Shown here: piece after piece, positions 59,389 through 64,000 of the stretch
How the letters are laid out: the number at the start of each line of letters is the position of its first letter
Position numbering within the stretch: the first letter of the stretch is position 1
Assembly (NCBI RefSeq): GCF_022045235.1
Contig: NW_027266275.1
Location: 72,850,001 to 72,914,000 of the forward strand
DNA length: 64,000 bases
Direction of reading: 5' to 3'
Origin: Haliotis cracherodii
Taxonomy: Eukaryota
The notes under the pieces: generated by a model
What the model saw: the letters and a program-made list of their open reading frames with translations, nothing else
The model's database searches: none
Told to the model about the DNA's origin: nothing
Position numbers and translations under genes: made by a program

Positions 59389-62300
59389 ATGCCGACTATT
59401 TTGCGAGCCAAGTGTATTGTTGTCGGTAAGATTTCGAATTCGAACTTTTGACATCTTACTCGTGATTGAATATATGTATACATAACGTTGACAGTGAAGT
59501 CCGGTGATGTTTTGATTGATGTGCTGTTTTAGCTATAACCCCTCCATATTACTCTTCAGTGTTTCCTGAGTGACATGGGCACCAGAATTCACGGTGCATG
59601 TCAGAGTGCAGTATTTTAAGTGAACACATGAAGAATGAGTGCACTGCGCACAAATTGAAAACAACAGTCTTGCAAGCAACAAGCTCATCTGTATTGAATT
59701 TCCCACAAACACAACAAAATGTTTGGAAATGTTTGTTTGGTTGGAAGCAGCAGGTTGTCGTGTCATTAAGTGCCCGATGTGCATGGCTCATGCATCCAGT
59801 CACTGGTTTGCTTGGACTCAATTACTTGAAGGCCACTTGATGTAGCTGCAGGCTGTCCTACTGCATCATATTACAACAGTCACTCATTCTTGTCACTTCA
59901 GGGGAGTCCGGGGTTGGCAAGAGCAGCATTTGCCAAGTGTTTCACAGTGATGGATCCAGCTTTCCAAAAACTTATTCCATGGTATGTTGTAATGATTTTC
60001 ATTTGTCATGATAACGTATTACTTCTAATTCATCTCTTTGCTCAATAACTGAAATACAAACATGGTTTTGCTTTATTTGGACTTTGTATTGTATGACCTA
60101 ATAATGATATCATGTAGGCAAAATACAAATGTAAGGAATCTTTAACATGGGTCGAGAGGTTGAGTGCATTATGTCAGCTTCATAGTGTGATTCTGGTTGG
60201 CTAGTAAGTAGGCTAGGACACAGTTTTCTAAGTGATCCCAGCCACACTGTTCTTATATGTATTTTCTGTAATTGTTAAGCCGATAAACAAAGAGTTACCG
60301 TCCTTGACGTAATAAGCGCCCCGCTCTAATAAGCACCCACAGCGATATTTGCTATTATATTGGCTAGTTGACAATCCCAATTAGCACCCCTTCCGATTGA
60401 TCAATGTGCACTTATTTAATCGTGTATAATACCCTCTCGTGTGTTATATTCACCCTTAATTATGGGCAATTAAATTCTGGAAAAATATATCTGTCGTATA
60501 TGAACATTTCAGGCAGTCAGCATAAACCACAAAATTTACAATCTTTTAACTCTGTTTTTTTTTCATCAAAATAATATTCTAATAAGAGACCCTATTTCTA
60601 TTTTTGAGAGCACCCTGTGCGCTTATTACGTCGAATGCAGTAATGTATTTTCAGAGATTGAGAAGTAGTGAACAGACATTGATCAAATGTTGATAAAACA
60701 AACTTTTTTGATAATAGGAAATATGTAATTATATAGTTATTATCATATGGATTACAAACTGTCTTAAACAACCCATGCTTGTCGTAAGACGTGACTAATG
60801 GGATTGGGTAGTCAGACTCACTGATTTGGTTGATGCATGTCATCATATCCTAACTGCGTGGATTGATGCTCGTGGTGTCAATCACTTGATCGTCTGGTCC
60901 TCCCCTAGATTATTTACAGATCACCGTCATTTAGCTGGAATATTGCTGTGTGTGGCGTTAAACAACAAACAAACAAACAAAAGAAACTTACAAACTGGTC
61001 TGGAATTTGGAGTGGGGGCTAAATACAGTGAATATGGCCTGGAAATGTTTTCGGCCTGCCCAACCACACAGTTCTAGATGATTTGCCTATGTGTAACTTG
61101 ACTACATTGTATATGATTCCCAGAATGCAGGGGTGGAGCTGCTCGTGAAGTCCGTCAATATCCCCGACTCTCATGACAGTGTGGTGAGTACACAGCCAGG
61201 TGGGCTTGGGGTGGAAGTGTTAGAAGATAAGGTGGGTGTGTTTGGGATGAAGTATCACTACTGTCATCTTAGGACCTTTAGTTCTATAGGGATAAGTACA
61301 CAAGGACCACTTTACTCATCTGTAAACTCTGAACATAACAAGAGTTCCAATCACTGAGAGATTTCGTTCTTAAACCTGTCATTATTAGTTACTGATTATT
61401 CTGTAGATGTTTGAAGTCCATTGAACAGATGTGTGCTTGTGTATCATATGCCTTGCAATATAGAAGTATTAATTGTTACTCTTGTACGAGTGTTAAACAT
61501 GAAGCATATACAGTAAACTACGGTTATAACGAACACGCTTATAACGAGCTGACGGATATAACGAACTTATTTTTTGGTCCCGACTATTTGCTGTAGTTAT
61601 GTTGTATATATGCTTATAACGAACTACGGTTATAACGAACAAAAATTAGTAGTCCCTTTGAGTTCGTTATAACCGTAGTTTACTGTATGTGTGTTTGTAA
61701 TTGATCAATGACTTTGTGATTGCAGGAAATATTCATGTTTGATTCAGCTGGTAAAGAAATATTCTCAGAAGCAGTCAAGAAATTTGTAAGTTAACCCTTT
61801 CAAACGTAGTTCTATTCCACTTTTCCCTCTAATGAGTACTTCTTGATCATGTTGATGTACTTGTGGAATGTTCAGTTGTATCAGTGTCCCCGTTTACCGG
61901 CATTTACCATTTTTTACCGGTAAAATTAGGCTGGTAATGCATGAGACTGCCAGTCCTCGTGGACCGGCAAATAAAGTACCTTATAAATCTCTGTTGTTGA
62001 ACAAAACATTGGTGATATTCAGATAAGTATAATTTTCTAACAAAGTCAGCTTGTCTTTTACTATCAGGGATTTCCTGTTGTCTATTTTTTTTGCAAGGAA
62101 AGAACATTTCTCTTTGCTTTGAGGTTAAATATATATTTGAAGCGACTTAGTCTCAATATACTAAAAAAACGAGAAAATTGTGACTAAACTTTGTGTGAAT
62201 GACATGTAGATCTAACTCAGTTGCTTCAGAGATGACGTCATTGCATTTATTTGTTGAAAGTTGGACTTACAAAAATTAGAGGGGACTGGTAATTTTTAGA

Positions 62301-62717
62301 GTTGCCAGTCTACCAGGACCGGCAGTTTCAAAACCCAATGGAAACACTGTGTATTTAATTCTACCATCAGAACTTGTATCCTGGGAAGGTGACAAACATT
62401 AGTATGCTATACACAAAGTTGATAGGTGCTAGTTACAATTTCTGTGATAGATCTTTGGGTTAATTAATGAAGTTGTCATGTTACTCTAAACGAAACACTC
62501 TAAATTGTCTTACTTAATCTTAATTCTGGGCATCAGTAACATGTCGGATAACGATGAGTTTAATCCTTGTACTCCTCCTCATCTCCTGTGTCCCTGCAGT
62601 GGCAGAACCCGTCCATGGTGATGGTTGTGTACGATGTGACCAGCGAGACCTCCTTCTCCAGCTGTGAAAAGTGGTTACAGAGGGTTCGCTCCCAGTTTCC
62701 AGATGTGGAACTACCAG
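59389..62717 (+). CDS. IFT27: Intraflagellar transport protein 27 (RABL4), 5' part: 59389-59425, 59902-59981, 61124-61183, 61726-61785, 62600-62717; remainder outside window
   Basis: MPTILRAKCIVVGESGVGKSSICQVFHSDG...[32 protein letters not shown]...VYDVTSETSFSSCEKWL; P-loop and the DSAGKE motif typical of IFT27; phases consistent. Confidence 0.92.
60298..60640. mobile_element. Tc1/pogo-type MITE (TA TSD)
   Basis: ta|ccgtccttgacgtaataagcgc ... gcgcttattacgtcgaatgcag|ta. Confidence 0.65.
61511..61685. mobile_element. Tc1/pogo-type MITE (TA TSD, perfect TIR of about 24 bp)
   Basis: ta|cagtaaactacggttataacgaac ... gttcgttataaccgtagtttactg|ta. Confidence 0.88.
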
Positions 62718-64000
62718 GTACACTTGCACCAGCAACTCTTCTTTTACACTCATGGACCTCAAGTTTTGAAAGCTGTTTGGCTTCATTCTGCAAAAAAAAG
62801 TTTTGATGTTAATCTTATAATATTCTGATGTTTTAATCAGTTGATAGTCTGGTGTGAAAGATAAAGTGAAAGAAATGTGTGGCTTGAAATGGTGCTTTGA
62901 ATAACCATTAAAGAGTTACTTCCCTTTTCATGTAAGTCTACTTTGGTGTTTTGAATTACTGACATTAACACGCTTGATAGTCGTCTAAGGCGCCGTGATT
63001 CACTGTACAGAGTTGCGTCTCTTGGACCCAACAGAAACCTATGATTGTGGGTTTGAATCCCGGTTCGCCCCAAATATGTTTCTAGTTTTGTCAGCACCAT
63101 ACCCATGCTTGTGGGTTTTACCGAAGTGGTAAAGGTCTGAGACCTGCATCACTTCGAGCTTTCCCCCCACACTAAGCTGACACGCCGTGATATAACTGGA
63201 ATACTGTTAAAAGCAGCGTAAAACCCACTCACTCGCTCACTCACTATGTATAAAAATAATCTTTTACTTATCCTACATTACTCCTTAATGCATTCACTGC
63301 TTACCTTGCGTCAAAGAAAACAGGACAGCGTACCGGTGACGGTCCTGGGTGAAGAAATAAACTGTTCATGAGTCCCACTTTTCGTACCCTGCTGTCGCTG
63401 TCCTGTGACCTCTGGTGACCTTAGGTCACCTCTTCACATCACTGCCTGTCGCGCTACAGCACAGACGTGTACCAGCGGAGCTCTCGTTTTGGATATATTT
63501 AGACCTTCAGTTTTTGTCTACAATTCTAAAATTCATCTGCAACGGGTGATGTATTCTTTTTATATTACTCTCAACATGTTGTGAACTTGTATATGATTTA
63601 TTTAAAAAGACTTTTCCCCCCCAGGTGCTATCTGTTCACTGCCATTTTGAATTGTGTTACAATTGTTTGTCTGCCAGGGTAGTCAATTTGTTTACAATTC
63701 TCAGCTATGTATGTATAACATATTTATGTGTTTTTAAATACTACTAGCTTTGGCGTTTCTTTGAGTTGCTTTTATACAAATCATTGAATACACTTTGAAC
63801 TCGTTACAAAATTTGCCGATAGATTAACTAGATTTCTATGGCAGTTTTCCAGTCCAGCATCATCAAAAGTCTCTAATTTGCAAAACTTATGCTTGGGCGT
63901 TGTACTAATTGTTGTGGAAATAAATGTGCTAAAGACTCTCATCCATGTTGTTTGGCATGCACGTAAATTTGTGCAGCAAATTCTGAACGTGTTTTTTGCG

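Overview
Repeat-rich animal genomic DNA with spliceosomal introns; the SINE and MITE content suggests a mollusc such as a gastropod or abalone (inference). Four protein-coding genes were assembled by hand from GT-AG junctions with consistent phase, arranged as two head-to-head pairs. (1) TEX2/Nvj2-like SMP-PH lipid-transfer protein, minus strand, 7 coding exons, 966 aa. (2) IRE1/ERN1 ER-stress kinase-RNase, plus strand, 22 coding exons, 919 aa; it starts about 0.4 kb from the inferred first exon of TEX2. (3) An ankyrin-repeat/SOCS-box gene with an intronless CDS, minus strand. (4) IFT27/RABL4, plus strand, running off the window end. Introns and UTRs hold four SINE-like families, MULE-, Harbinger-, hAT- and Tc1/pogo-type non-autonomous elements, Tc1, FLYWCH-MULE and RTE-X fossils, and about 12 minisatellites. 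Highlights: the TEX2-IRE1 divergent pair (these genes are also neighbours in human) with ERSE-like motifs and uORF-rich leaders; tandem repeats that copy exon-intron donor junctions at three places, including about 29 decoy donors in a TEX2 intron; a SINE inserted at an IRE1 acceptor and rescued by its own target-site duplication; and a MITE whose TIRs carry the UPRE motif.
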